Origin: Octopus sinensis
Taxonomy: Eukaryota
Assembly: GCF_006345805.1 (NCBI RefSeq)
Contig: NW_021835690.1
Location: 62,001-126,000 of the forward strand
Direction of reading: 5' to 3'
DNA: 64,000 bases
The notes beneath the pieces were generated by a model. It worked only from the letters and a program-made list of their open reading frames with translations, had not been told where the DNA came from and made no database searches. Shown piece by piece: positions 23,809-37,442 of this stretch. Every line of letters begins with the position of its first letter. Position 1 is the stretch's first letter. Position numbers and translations under genes: made by a program.

Positions 23809-25127
23809 GAAAATAAGACAAGGTAGAAAATGTTAAAATAATTTTATCATGAAGAACATTTTAGTACCGGTTGCGACTTTTTCAACTTAGAGTAAAGTAT
23901 GAAAAACAATTAAATAGCGGAAAACTTTTTAAAATATTTCCCTTGTTTTCCAATACAAGGGACATTTTCCTTTTTTCTGTCTGTCTTTCTCTCTCTTTTT
24001 TTACTCTTGTGAAGGCTTGGTAGCAGGCAGTAAGTGTACCAATCCTAAAAGAATATTTGATGTGAGTTCTTGGTTTTGACTGTTTAAATAGCAGTAGTAG
24101 CCGAGGAAGGTGGCAGCGGCGAAGAAGAAGAAGAAGAAGAAGAAGAAGAAGAAGAAGACAGTCTGTATGACTGTTGTTTGCTGAGAAGAATTAGGACTTG
24201 TAAAAAGTAGTAAAAATGCTACGCATAAATCTAAAGCGCAATAATTTCTGATATATTTCTGATCTTGGTTTAAAAGCTATAATCGTACACAGAAAACAGT
24301 TGTTTGCACTATTTTATTTAAATAATGTAAAGTAATTCCTGTATTTTTAATCCTGAAAAAATTCTAATTGGCAACAAGGTTTCTATTAGGTTTCCAACGC
24401 CGTTGAAATTACATGAATACCAGAAATTATCATACAAGTCTTGTCGAGACAAGCCGTTGGTTTTACAGTAGATATGCACCATAAAAATGGTTTCAGTATC
24501 TCACTTCGTAATTCGTGCTTTTTTTAATACTTCTTTTCTGCAATATCTTTGTTCCTCCTGGTGTAATCAAAACTATATATTGAATATTGCATTTTTCTAT
24601 TCCACGTATTGTTGCTGTTTGTGGCACAGGTTGTCCGTTTCTTTGAGGAAGTGAGATGTATCTGTATCTAAATAAATTTTAAAAGAAATACGTTGTTCTG
24701 TTTTAATTTCATGCTAATTTGAACAGCACACAATATAAAAACATGAATTTTAGAAACAGCTGTTAAACGAACAGGAAAATACAACTAAAATAGAACATTT
24801 GAAAACACGTATGAACACACATGAACAAATATTCCTTCAAATAAGTTGTCATCTTCCATTTTACGCATTTTTATTTTGTGACGATTCGTGAACGTTTGGT
24901 AATTTGAAAAAAGGTTCTAAACTGAAACTGGACAAAAATTATGTTGCATATCCTCCAGGTATAAAGCATCTGTTAAATATTTCACACGTGATTTCTCACA
25001 TACAAGGTAAACAGTACTTTGTAAAAGTAGCACTTTGGGGATGGGGGATTATGTAGAAATCAGTATGAATAATGAAGTGAATAAGATTTTTCAGAAATCA
25101 AAACTTGGTCTTAGGTCATACCTATTT

Positions 25128-25696
25128 CGTTACTACCCACAGAGGGGCTGCACACAGAGAGGACAAACAAGGACAGACAAACAGATTAAGTCGATTATAT
25201 CGACTCCAGTGCGTAACTGGTACTTCTTTAATCGACCCCGAAAGGATGAAGGGTAAAGTCGACCTCGGCGGAATTTTAACTCAGAACGTAGCGGCAGACG
25301 AAATACCTATTTCTTTACTACTCACAAGGGGCTAAACACAGAGAGGACAAACAAGGACAGACAAACAGATTAAGTCGATGATATCGACCCCAGTGCGTAA
25401 CTGGTACTTATTTAACCGACTCCGAAAGATGAAAGGCAAAGACGACCTCAGCGGAATTTGAAATCAGAACGTAGTGACAGACGAAATACCTATTTCTTTT
25501 CTACCCACAAGAGGCTAAACACAGAGAGGATAAACAAGGACAGACAAACGGATTAAGTCGATATTATATCGACCCCAGTGCGTAACTGGTACTTAATTTA
25601 TCGACCCCGAAAAGATGAAAGGCAAAGTCGACCTCGGCGGAATTTGAACTCAGAACGTAACGGCAGACGAAATACGGCTACGCATTTCACTGTGCA
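25128..25696 (-). mobile_element. Meta-domain-like SINE (family C), three tandem bodies
   Basis: Three ~185-bp bodies joined at GAAATACCTATTTCTTT; head degenerate. Confidence 0.85.
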
Positions 25697-25940
25697 TATT
25701 TCTATCAGGTAATCTATTCTTGTGGATACGTAGTGTGAATTTTAATTTCCTCCTTAATCTTGTTAATATCACTTTGTTTTTATACCTTATGTAGCAAGCA
25801 TTTCTTCGGGTAATCAGCATTCTTAGTATGGAGTTTACTACTGAACTGCGTCCTTCAACAGATAAAAAATATGCAGATTCGCATGACAAGATCAACTAGC
25901 TTAGAAAACAAATCAAACTGAATGACTATAATAGCAATAA

Positions 25941-25985
25941 CTATCATCATCATCATCATCATCATCGTCGTCGTCGTCGTCGTCG

Positions 25986-26019
<34 letters not shown>

Positions 26020-26099
26020 AATCATCATCATCATCGTCATCGTCGTCGTCATCATCACTGTCATCATCGTCATCATCATTGCTGTTGTTTTTTTTCGTT

Positions 26100-26165
<66 letters not shown>

Positions 26166-26463
26166 ATCATCATTGCTGTTGTTTTTTTTCTTGTTATCAT
26201 CATTACCATCATCATCATTCTCATCATCATCATCATCATCGTCGTCGTCGTCATCATCATTGTTGTTGTTTTTTTGTTATCATCATTATCATCATCATCA
26301 TCATCATCATCATCATCGCCATCATCATAATCATCATCGTCATCATCATTGCTGTTGTTTTTGTTATCATCATTATCATCATTATCATCATCATCATCGT
26401 CGTCGTCGTCATCATCATCGTCATCATCGTCATCATCATTGTTGTTTTTTTGTTATCATCATT

Positions 26464-26498
<35 letters not shown>

Positions 26499-26716
26499 TA
26501 TCATCATCATCATATCATCATCATCATCATCGTCATCATCATCATCGTCATCATCATCATCGTCATCATCATTGCTGTTGTTTTTTGTTATCATCATTAT
26601 CATTCTCATCATCATCATCATCATCATTATCATCATCATCATAATCATCATCGTCATCATCATTGCTGTTGTTTTCTTGTTATCATCATCATCATCATTA
26701 TCATCGTCGTCGTTAT
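25941..26716. repeat. Compound (CAT/CGT)n trinucleotide array with ~90-bp higher-order period
   Basis: (CAT)n blocks punctuated by TG(C)TGTTGTTTTT..GTTAT near 26080, 26173, 26262, 26350, 26438, 26573 and 26663. Confidence 0.9.
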
Positions 26717-27316
26717 TATTAATCTGACCCTAATGCAAAGATAAAGGAAATCAAAAAGAAAATGTGTTAACTTACAGAGTATTTCCTTTTTCCTGAGAGA
26801 AGAATTCGTTACGTGCTGTTTAAAATTAGAAAACGTCTCGTTAAACGTAATCATGAAGGAATACAATTAAATTTCTGCACCTGAAAATGTCAACACACGT
26901 CAAAATAAACACCAAGATCACTTGTTTCCTTCACGAATGTTTGTTTTAAAGAAAATCTGTTGCTATTACGATTCAAAGTAAAGATGAAAGGAATAAACTG
27001 TTTCAAAGGTTAGCTTTAGAATACCATTGTGAAAACGGGGAGAAAAATAATAAGTAAAAGCTCAAACCATTAACATAAAGATTTAAATCAAATTCTATAA
27101 GAAAGTAATATATGCAGAACATTTAAAACAGGTAAAACTGCGACAATTCGAAAACAGTGTACGTGTTAAAGATATTTCTAGCTCACTGAAATAAGACTAG
27201 AAAGAAAATCCGTTGAATTCCAACGCGTTTCCTTTTTCTGGTAAAATAAAGTATTTTCATACTATTTAAAATTAGAAAATGTCTTGTTGAATATGGTCAT
27301 GTAATGAGTACAACTA

Positions 27317-27694
27317 GCGCAATGGCCCAGTGGTTATGGCAGCGGACTCGCGGTCATAGGATCGCGGTTTCGATTCCCAGACCGGGCGTTGTGAGTGTTT
27401 ATTGAGCGAAAACACCTAAAGCTCCACGACGCTCCGGCAAGGGATGGTGGTGATCCCTGCTGTACTCTTTCACCACAACTTTCTCTCACTCTTACTTCCT
27501 GTTTCTGTTGTACCTGTATTTCAAAGGGCCGGCCTTGTCACTATCTGTGTCACACTGAATATCCCCGAGAACTACGTTAAGGGTACACGTGTCTGTGGAG
27601 TGCTCAGCCACTTACACGTTAAGTTCACGAGCAGGCTGTTCCGTTGATTCGGATCAACCGGAACCCTCATCGTCGTAACCGACGGAGTGCTTCC
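27317..27694 (+). mobile_element. SINE family B, near full length with target-site duplication
   Basis: tRNA-like head with GGTTTCGATTCCC; ACAACTAGCGCAA duplicated at 27310-27322 and 27695-27707. Confidence 0.9.
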
Positions 27695-28029
27695 ACAACT
27701 AGCGCAAGATCCACCTGAAATTCTCAAAATACCAATACTCCTTCAACGGCACTCTGCCTCGATGGCGTAACTACTTTATTCTTTTATTCTTTTATGCGTT
27801 TCAGCCCTAAGGATGTTGCCATGCTGGGGCACCGCTTTATTTCTTTATATTCAACCATAAATTATAGTGCGCGTAAAAATTATGAAAATCCTTTCTTCAA
27901 ACGAGAAAATTCCCCACAAAATAGATTTCTATTGATATATAAAGAAAATATTGTCATTTGCATTGTCAGTTTGCTGTTGTTCGAGCAGTATCAGATTCTT
28001 CGTTACATAAACGTTCTCTTTGGGACACT

Positions 28030-28740
28030 AATAACAAAATCCTAGCATTCTTTATGACTTCTTGAAACTCTACATCATTTGCAAGTGTCACAATATCTTT
28101 CACATGTTGACTTCCCGGCATCTATTATGGTGAACTTCTTTCAGAAGTCTCTAACTATAGGTTTATCCTCCCTGTCAATTGCTTTCATAGGTTCTGTGGA
28201 AGTTCTCAGATAAATGTGCCTTGGAATTAGCTACCACACCTTGATCCATTAGTTGGAGCAAAGAAGTTTTATTCATGCGATATGGGAATCTATTCTACTC
28301 TCACGCAATCAGAAAGCTAATTTAAGTTTACATGATGGCTAGATGCATTGTCTAAAAAGATCAATGCTTTTTAGAAATACAATATCTGACATTAGAGCAG
28401 GACAAAAAATGTTTGTGAACCAGATTTCGAAAAGGCTCTTAGCCATCCATGCCTTTATTTGAATGTCAAATGAGAGATAGATTAAACTTTACGTAAGCCT
28501 AGGAAGCCTTGAACTTTTGAAGTGATACGCGAGTTGGGACACCTGAAGAAAGCGGTCTTTTTTAATGATGTGATAGGTTTGCTAGAAAAAAACCTCTGAC
28601 GATTTTTAGATGCTTTAAACCCTGGTAATAAATTTTTAAGAACCTCATAGACTAGGAACCCAATTTCTCCGCTACTGTAATGACAGCATATCTTTCGTTT
28701 TTGCATTCCTCTCAACTTAATTCTCAAATCATACTCAGGA
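28030..28740 (-). mobile_element. Tigger/pogo-like transposase remnant
   Basis: Minus frames give PGFKASKNR, NKTSLLQLMDQGVVA and VRDF*KKFTIIDA, resembling the pogo motifs PGFKASKDR, NTTSLIQPMDQGVI and FWK.F.I.DA. Heavily frameshifted. Confidence 0.75.
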
Positions 28741-31299
28741 AACCCTCATAATTGTTTTAGGAATTTCAATTTTTCTTCATTAATGCTTTCGTATTCTCTT
28801 TTTTTTCATTTGAATCTACTCTGTTTCATGAATTCCATCTCGTTTTATCGAGCGTCATTTCTTTCCCTTTTGTTCTGTCCACTCGTAATTTTCCAGCTGA
28901 GAGTTAAGGTTAACCAATGTTCGTATATTTTCAATTTGGTTCGATTTCACTGATTGTTCCTAAAAGCGAATTTTTCTTACGCTAAATATTAATTCAATAC
29001 ATAATCCATTTGGTTTACTTATGAGGAAAGTAGCCTTGGGAATATTATCACATACCTTTCTACTTCGCAATCTATGTTCTTATGGCCTTGACGCACAGAT
29101 TGTGCTGATGCTTTTCATATCACTGACCTAAGTACTTAGTTCTCCTCTTCCTCATTCTACAGTGTAGCCTCTTTTTCATTTCTCCTGCTTGAATGGATAA
29201 TCTCGTACGAAAGATTTTCTTAGTTTAATTCGTTGTGCCATGTCTTTGCTTTCGAAAGATTCTTAGAAATTTGTATGGCACAATATAGTGAAAAAGGATC
29301 CGTGTAAATCACAGCATACAGGAAAAATATAAAATCAAGAATGCACTGAGTTTCTATCGGTCTTTAAAATATAATATAGTCATATATTTGTGCATAATTT
29401 CAAACTACAATTTTTATTTTGATCTTTATTGCTATTGAAATTATGCAAAATATTTCATGAAATTATAAAGCAACTTTTATTTGATGCTAATGCCCACGAC
29501 TCTCTTATCCTTATGGATACAAGCCTTACCTATAATCCTAGATATGTATCCTTTGGTGGAGCATGGGAGGAATTCTACAGGTTATATGTGCCATCTAGGA
29601 ATGTTATTTATATAGTATTTTGTTCTTCTGTGTGGCTTAGGAGCTTCAATTCACCGGCTGATGGTTGTCGTAGTTGTATCTCCAAATAACAGTTGCACTT
29701 AGGAAGTTCACAACTTTTATGCTTGCAAAACTTTATTAATCATATTGGTCATTAGTAATTTGTTCATAGGTTTTTTGTGTTGGTGATTTGTTATGGATCT
29801 TAGCGTATAGCACATTGTGGTTGTTACCTTATAATTTGGTACAACATCCTTTGTGCACCGTATAATGTGATATTTAACACTTTTCAACAATTCCTTTTAT
29901 ATAATATATTTTATGAATGGTTTGTATGGATTGTATCTTTTAATAGGAGCAATGTCTTATGTATTTAGAATTGCGTATTTATATTTGCTTTGTTATGTGT
30001 TTTGCTCCGTTGGTTTGATTCTCCTCGTTTTTATTGATGTTTCTACTGTTCTGTGAATCATTATATTTAATGCTTCTTTTGTGAAAAAGGATTTAAATCC
30101 GTTTCTAAACAAGCAGTTTACCACTAACATTTGCATCCTTGCATACATTCGCTGTTTCCGTAGAATCATATGCATTTATTTGTGTCTTTGGCGTAAAAGG
30201 AACTAATCTATCTTATCTTTCTTTCGGAATGTTTATGTCTTGAAATGGAGAAATTGCATTTATCGCAAATATATATTTTTTTTCGATAAGCAGTTGTTAC
30301 CATCTCCTCTTTAAATTTTTCAGCGCCTCCATTATGCCAAATATATTGGTTTCTATAGTAAACACATAGAACGTCGCAAACGTAGGCCTAAAATGTAAAC
30401 CTATGGTTACTTTACTTTTTTTCATGCATCATTAATTTCCTTAATAGACAATGAAATTTCATTTTTGAAATGTACAAGATACCGCTACATTTTTCCTTTA
30501 CAAAACGCTAATAAATGTTTCGTTGTGTTACCTAAATTTTTCATGATATTAGCTAGTATTGTGAGTATGTTTATTATTGCGTGTTTGAAATCATTGTTTA
30601 ATACAGTTATAATGGTTTCTGCTAATGGAAATTTAATTTAGAGATTCTTTTTCTACAGCTCAAAGTGGAGATGTTGCCTCCTTCTATTCAGATATTTTGG
30701 AATTCTTCGGATTAATATATATTGTATGTGTTTATTGTTTAATACAGTTTAGCGATGTTTTGTGATAATGTAATAATCTGAAATATTAAAGGTCGGAAGG
30801 GGATTGTTTTGCTTGTGTATTTTACTTTACCATAAGATGTTTGGTGGAGTAATTTCTCCTCCAATTCTGGTAATTTATGAGACCTTGTTTATGCATTTAT
30901 ACCATACTTAATTTATTGAGTTTCGTGATAAGAAACTCTCAAGCTGAGCAGCAGAAGGTCTTCAGAAAAGAAACCCCGCTCAGACAAGTGTTACGACCCT
31001 AAACTTCTTACTTCGATGCGGCTCGGCCCACTTAGAGTAAGGAGGCCGAACCACATCTAGGTCAAGACTCCTGAGCGCTCTTCTTTGGACATGTCCTTGT
31101 CACTTGGATATCGGAGACTTGTTCATTTAAACATTAATAAATAATTTGGTCTACCTGAAACTCCTCTCCGCTGCATCTGCTTTCAAACTCATATTTAAAT
31201 AACAAATAACATTAGTAGTGATGATAGTGGTGAAACGTCAACACTACACTCATGAATCACTCAGAGTTACTTCCCCTCGCGTTAAAATACAAACACATT

Positions 31300-31535
31300 G
31301 TCCTCAAACGATATGGCGATCGCTTTTTTCCCCTCTGCGACCAGATGAAGCAGGAACACTGCTCCGCTGTCTTTGAAATTGCTGTTAGGGCTTTGGTCCT
31401 CTTCTTCCTAGAGCCTGCGAGTTGTTTCATGAGATCGTAGGTAGATTTGCCCACAAAACCTCTACATCCAACCACTTTAGCGAGAACCTTGACCTAGAAT
31501 TTCGCTTTCCTCAAGCTGTTGGCCAAACTGGAGTA
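31300..31535 (-). mobile_element. HERO-like non-LTR retrotransposon, restriction-like endonuclease C-terminal remnant
   Basis: YSSLANSLRKAKF*VKVLAKVVGCRGFVGKSTYDLMKQL...AEQCSCFIWSQR resembles the EVGCRGF...AE.AS.WLW.KR signature as I recall it. Confidence 0.6.
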
Positions 31536-31873
31536 TGTATATGGGAGCGTCTTGTGTATACATAGGCATATATACATACGATTGTGTGTGGGAGGGTATG
31601 TGTGGATCTTTGTGTGTGTATGGGTGTATGTGTCCGACTACTGAATACTGAAGGTCAGCTAATGAAATTCACATGTGCAACCAGCCATGAAGAACAGGTC
31701 AGCGATCACCCAGTACCAAAACAGCCTTCCACTACCACTCATACCAGTCCGGTAAACGCACTCTGGAAGCGAACAACTTAAATCTACCAGCTACTACTAA
31801 ATTCAAACCAAGACAGACGGATGGGATGGCTTTGAAGTCGAAGATTTTAAACTAAAGGAGACAACACTTGAAT

Positions 31874-31979
31874 ATCACCTGAGGATACACAACTAGGTCT
31901 CATTATGCAAACAAACAGTTGCACAGTCAAATACTTGTATTTTTAAAGAACTATGTAGTGTGGAAACAATTGTAATGAT
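31874..31979 (+). ncRNA. Degenerate type I hammerhead ribozyme motif
   Basis: ATCAC-CTGAGGA-T-ACAC...GTGT-G-GAAAC-AATT-GTA-ATGAT. Palindromic helix III ACAATTGT; helix I 4 bp with a closing mismatch; (TA)n 45 bp downstream. Confidence 0.5.
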
Positions 31980-32020
31980 TAAAAAATACCTTACTCCTTG
32001 TTGACTCCAATTTATTCAAT

Positions 32021-32059
<39 letters not shown>

Positions 32060-32244
32060 GTGTTTGTGTGTGTGTGTATGTATGTATATAAACATATAAA
32101 AACATACACGCACATATCATGGAATAGTAGCTGTAGATAACTTGCTCTTCAATGTCTTAGAGTTTCTCGTCTGCACCACAGGCTTCACAGGTAACGATAT
32201 AAGAAACTCAGTGAAGATGAAAAACAGAAACAACTGCTCTACTA

Positions 32245-32245
32245 C

Positions 32246-32297
<52 letters not shown>

Positions 32298-32336
32298 GGT
32301 GGTGGTGGTGGTGGTGGTGGTGGTGGTGGTAGTAGT

Positions 32337-32385
<49 letters not shown>
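32245..32385. repeat. Compound (AGT)(GGT)(AGC)(AGT) trinucleotide repeat
   Basis: Direct reading; a similar block lies at 34378-34459. Confidence 0.95.
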
Positions 32386-32707
32386 AGGTATCACCAGAGA
32401 CTTATGTAGATGAAACAGAAAGATAAATATTGAGAGAAACAATCAAAAACTTACAACCAAAAGTGAATACAGTGAAAATATGTTTAATCGCTTTCCCCAG
32501 CAGCTATTTTGAAAGTATTTTGAATTAATTGAGTTTCTCTCCTTTAATTAGTTATATAATCAAATATTTTAATCAATGATGTAAATACGTTTTCTTAAGT
32601 GTTACTTTTTGATGAGAGTATGGTCAACAATAAACTCGTTTTTATTTGAGTAACCACACGTTATTTGTAAATAAAGATGTCTGAACAAATAATAGCTGAA
32701 ATCTGCT

Positions 32708-33417
32708 ATCATCATCATCATTGTTCGATTGTGGTCGAGACAATGGAATTTACCATGCTACGCCAGACTTCACGGTCCATCATAGCATTACGGAGGTCCC
32801 GTTGCTGGATGCCTGTATCCCTGGAGATTACATCAGGGTAGGAGAGTGTGCGCCCTCTGTTATTGCGAGTAGATGGCTTCCAGAGGAGAAGAGTAGAAAT
32901 TACCTGTTTTTCAGCTCTACAACAATGTCCAGCAAACTGGACTCTCTTACAAGAGATGACACAGGTGGTAGTTTCCCAAATATTTGCATTTTGGTTGGAT
33001 GGCCCTTCCACGAGAGATTTTGACCTCTCATAAGGAGGCGAGTGTAGGTTCCATCCAACCGCCTCTCAAGCTTCTTTGATAACGTCCAGATTTCTGAGCC
33101 ATATAGTAGAATTGGTTCGACTGTGGCTTTGAAGCTTTGAACAAGCCTCAAATTGTGTAGGTCTTTACCTCAATGAGGCCAAGACTGAATACATAAACAA
33201 GTGCCTGTCCAACAGTGATTGCATCATCCATACTCTCAACAATGCGCCCTTAAATATGGTTTCTGATTACAAATATCTTGGGTCATACATATCATCATCT
33301 GGAAAAGACTTTCTAACTAGAAAGGGTATGGCCTGGTCAGCCTGTAATGACATGCATAAGATCTGGTCATCAAATCTAAGTAGAGACTTCAAACTTGAAA
33401 TCTTCAAAGCCACAGTC
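32708..33417 (-). mobile_element. RTE-clade LINE, 5'-truncated, with inverted 5' segment
   Basis: Plus 33132-33417 encodes FEQASNCVGLYLNEAKTEY...YKYLGSYI...KLEIFKATV. Minus 33134-32718 continues FKATVEPILLYGSEIWTL...AGHC...LLLWKP...DREVWRSMV, then a (TGA)n tail. Confidence 0.85.
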
Positions 33418-33668
33418 AAATATGAAATAGAATTCTCACAGAGAATGAATTTGAAAATCTATTTGAGAATGTGCCTATGTACAACTTGAGATGTTTGCCT
33501 TAATGTTTGTTGTCCTCTTTAACAATTATATATCCGCTGCATCGGAAATCTGCAATGGCTCCATAACTACCTTGGAGCTCTAGTAATCCGTTACTGCACT
33601 TACCTGGCGTACTAATCGTTTAGATCACCGATGAACTAGACCTTCATAGTTTGTATATATATATATAT

Positions 33669-34090
33669 ATGAGTGGCTTTGTGGTAAGTAGCTTGCTTAC
33701 CAACCACATGGTTCCGGGTTCAGTCCCACTGCGTGGCACCTTGGGCAAGTGTCTTCTAATATAGCTTCGAGCCGACCAAAGCCTTTTGAGTGGATTTGGT
33801 AGATGGAAACTGAAAGAAGCCCGTCCTATATATGTATATGTATATATATATATTTGTGCATGTGTGTGTATATGTTTGTGTGTCTGTGTGTCCCCTAGCA
33901 TTGCCTGACAACCGATGCTGGTGTGTTTATGTCCCCGTCACTTAGCGGTTCGGCAAAAGAGACCGATAGAATAAGTACTAGGCTTACAAAGAATAAGTCC
34001 CGGGGTCGATTTGTTCGACTAAAGGTGGTGCTCCAGCATGGCCGCAGTCAAATGACTGAAACAAGTAAAAGAGTAAAAGAGTAAAGAGAG
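33669..34090 (+). mobile_element. CORE-like SINE (family A), full length
   Basis: Matches family A. Confidence 0.9.
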
Positions 34091-34406
34091 TATGTGTGTG
34101 TGTGTGTGTGTGTACATATATATATTAATACTATGTATATATGTGCGTGTGTAAGAGAGCGCGCGCGAGTGTCTGTAGGTTTGTGGTGGGGTGGATGTGA
34201 GTGCGCGCATGTGTGTATTCTTGTTAGAGCATCCTTTCTAGAAAAAGGTGAACTCGTACAAGAAAGCCCGAAGTACGGGTGGTGTCTGGTTGTCTCATCT
34301 TCTTCCGTGGCACTGATATTACAGCTGATCGCTCTAAAAAGTGGGTTCAATGCAACACTTTATCTACTCAAAACAAATGGTGGTGGTGGTGGTGGTGGTG
34401 GTGGTG

Positions 34407-34459
<53 letters not shown>

Positions 34460-34481
34460 TTATTTAAGGTATGAGCTGAGA

Positions 34482-34645
34482 GAATCGCTAGAACGCTGAA
34501 CAAAATGCTTAGCGGTACTTCGTCCGTCCCTACGTTCTGTGTTCAAATACCGTCGAAGGCGACTTTGCCCTTCATCCCTTTCGAGATCGATTTAAAAATA
34601 AGTACCAGTTGAAAACTGGAATCGATGTAATCGACTTAACTCTTC
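34482..34645 (+). mobile_element. Diverged Meta-domain-like SINE (family C variant)
   Basis: AAATGCTTAGCGGTA-TTCGTC...GTTCAAAT...TTCATCCCTTTCG-GATCGAT...TAAGTACCAG. Confidence 0.7.
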
Positions 34646-34860
34646 TTCAAATTTGCAAAACAAGGACGGGTCATTGGATGTTTTCTATCTTCAGTCGAGT
34701 TACAGATTTTCTCAGCAGCTTCGGCCGGTTACACTCGATACTGCTCCAATCTGGCCGGTCCCAAGAAAATCTAAGCTAAGAGCACTAAATTGCTTGGAAG
34801 GAAGCAAGCAAATGTATTCGAAAACAAGGACGGAAAAAAACGAAGAAATGGTACACAAAT

Positions 34861-34909
<49 letters not shown>

Positions 34910-34918
34910 TACATATAT

Positions 34919-34971
<53 letters not shown>

Positions 34972-37410
34972 AGGAGAGAGTGATTGTATACCTATATACG
35001 TATACGCATACATATGTTCATACAAATATATTTATATGTAAGTACATATACACATATATATATAAACATATATATGCATATATAGAGAGATATAGAGATA
35101 TATATATACATATACATATTTACATCCAAACATAGATAAGTATACAAATGCACATTATGCATATAAGTATATATATATATATACACACAAATATACACAT
35201 ATACATATAACTACATATTGTTTGGGTGTGTACGAGCGTACGTGTGTATGTGTGTGTACGTGCGTGTGTGTGTAGTGTGTGTGCGTGCATGCTTGTTTGT
35301 GCGCGTATGCGTGTGTGTATAGTAAGAAAAACATGAAATGTTAGGCAAAAATAAAGTACTAAGAACGAAAATAAGTTTCACTGAAAAGAACAACAGTGAA
35401 ACGTGGAAAAAAATACCAACGATACCAACAAGGAACAATTGTAATTTGAAATCTGAAATCTGTTTTTCTCCAATTAAATTATCCATATTACTCTGTAACA
35501 ATTCCCACCAAAGGGTAGTTTGATATTTGTTTTCTTAATTTTTTTTTCTTATTTTTCACATTTATTCATTGTTTATGTTAGTGTTTATTTTGTTTCTCTG
35601 TTTATAATCGTTGTCGTTTTTCTTGCAGTATCGCATATTTTTTGTTCCTTAAACTCCTTTCAACTGTAAAATGTATTCTGAAATTAGTTCCCGCAAATTT
35701 AACAGATAGAATATTTCTCACATTTACTGGTTATTTTTTTTAAATATAATATTTCCGTATATGTGTGTGAGTGCATATTTCATTTTACAAAATTATAGAT
35801 ATGCTATGTGAAGACTGTAGATTATACATAGACTGCAGCTCATTGGATAAAATCAGTTACTGTATTTAGTTTTATCACTCGATATTTTTTAGCTCAAATC
35901 TTGCCTCGTGTCGATAATATATGCCTTATATATATACGAAATCATAAACTTTAAATGAACTGTAAATTAAAATATTTTGATTTCCATTTGAAACATCTTA
36001 TATTCGTTTTGAATTCCTGTTGAAGAGTTTTAAACTTCACCGAGTCTCTTTTAATTCTCATTAATAGGATTGCCTTGTATGTCATTTATGTATATATCTC
36101 TGCTTGGGAAAATCGATATCTTGTAAACCGTTAACTTAAGTTACAGTAAATATTTTGAAGAGAATCTTTTTTTATTCAAATTCGTAAATATTTTGGTATT
36201 TTTTGCTATATGTTATATACACCACTCTTTTCACGAAATAGGGAATCAAATTTATCGACTGGATAAGTGAATTGCAAAATGATGAAGTATGAATTTTTGT
36301 CCCTCTTTGTACCTTACTGTGGATATTCTTGGATCAATCTAAAGAATTATTAGACATTCTTCAAATGCCTAAAATTGTTAAGAACTATAATTTAACATTC
36401 TATAATAGGATGTTTTATATACATATTATTATTATTATTGCTTTACTTCTCAGAGCGTTCGGTCCTGTTTGTTCTAGTAGATTCGGTGAGAGTTGGCAGC
36501 AGCCAGTTGTCAGACGTCTCACGGGGTCTCTTTCTGTACATTATAAGTCTTGATACTTGGTTTTCTTTGGAGACATTCAACATCCAAGTACCAATCTCAA
36601 AACGCTAGTTATCCCCAACAAAGCAGTTTTGGGGGTTGCTCTGCTCAACTCTGATTTCATGTCAATTCCGATTTTTTTTTTTTAGATATTTCTCGAACTT
36701 GGTTCTTAGTGATTTTCTGGTCGTTGTGGTGGTGAATTTTGGGGGCTTAATTTGGGACAAATCCCGTTTAAGTGACCTTCCAGGTTCGTATTCGGGGAAG
36801 ATATTCTGTCATTTGAAAATTTTTCGCCATCAGGCTGACAGCCTGCTGCCAGGCGCGCTTCCAGAATAACCATTGGACAAGCGATTCGGTGTACTGTTTG
36901 AAATTTTCTTTTCAAGTAAAATTAAATTATTATCAATTTTTCATTATTTTTTAGGTTTAGTCACTATATGTAAAACATTCTAGATAGTGCACCAGCATTG
37001 TCGCGGTCTTGAAATAAGCCAGAGAGAAACATAAGCCAAATTGAAAGAAACATACAATGTGTGTCTTGTACATAGACTACAATTTTGACCTATCCTCCAT
37101 CTCATATTGAGGTAATATGCTGTATAAAAATTAGTTACTTATATATATATCTCAAGGCCTCGTCAGAGATTATAAAGTACAATTATTAAGATATAAAAGG
37201 AAGATATAAAATGCAAATATGAATATTAAAGAAGGTACACATATACAAGAATATGCATGTATACATATATACAAATAAGTGTATATACACCTACATATAC
37301 ATATATATAAGTATATACATAATAATATACATACACATAAGGTTACAGTTAATCAGATCTATATACTGGAATATACATATATCTTTATTATATATATGTA
37401 TGTATATGTA

Positions 37411-37442
<32 letters not shown>

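Noticed and set aside
25913-26744. Poly-Asp/His/Ser/Ile ORFs
   Set aside because: Frames of a (CAT)n array; being open in several frames is expected from the repeat.
29400-30180. Possible Penelope RT remnant (ITFLDGTYNL) on minus
   Set aside because: One short motif amid stops with no neighbouring RT motifs that I can confirm.
34653-34855. N-terminal part of the 160-aa ORF as an exon
   Set aside because: No recognisable homology, a weak donor site, and the remainder is microsatellite.
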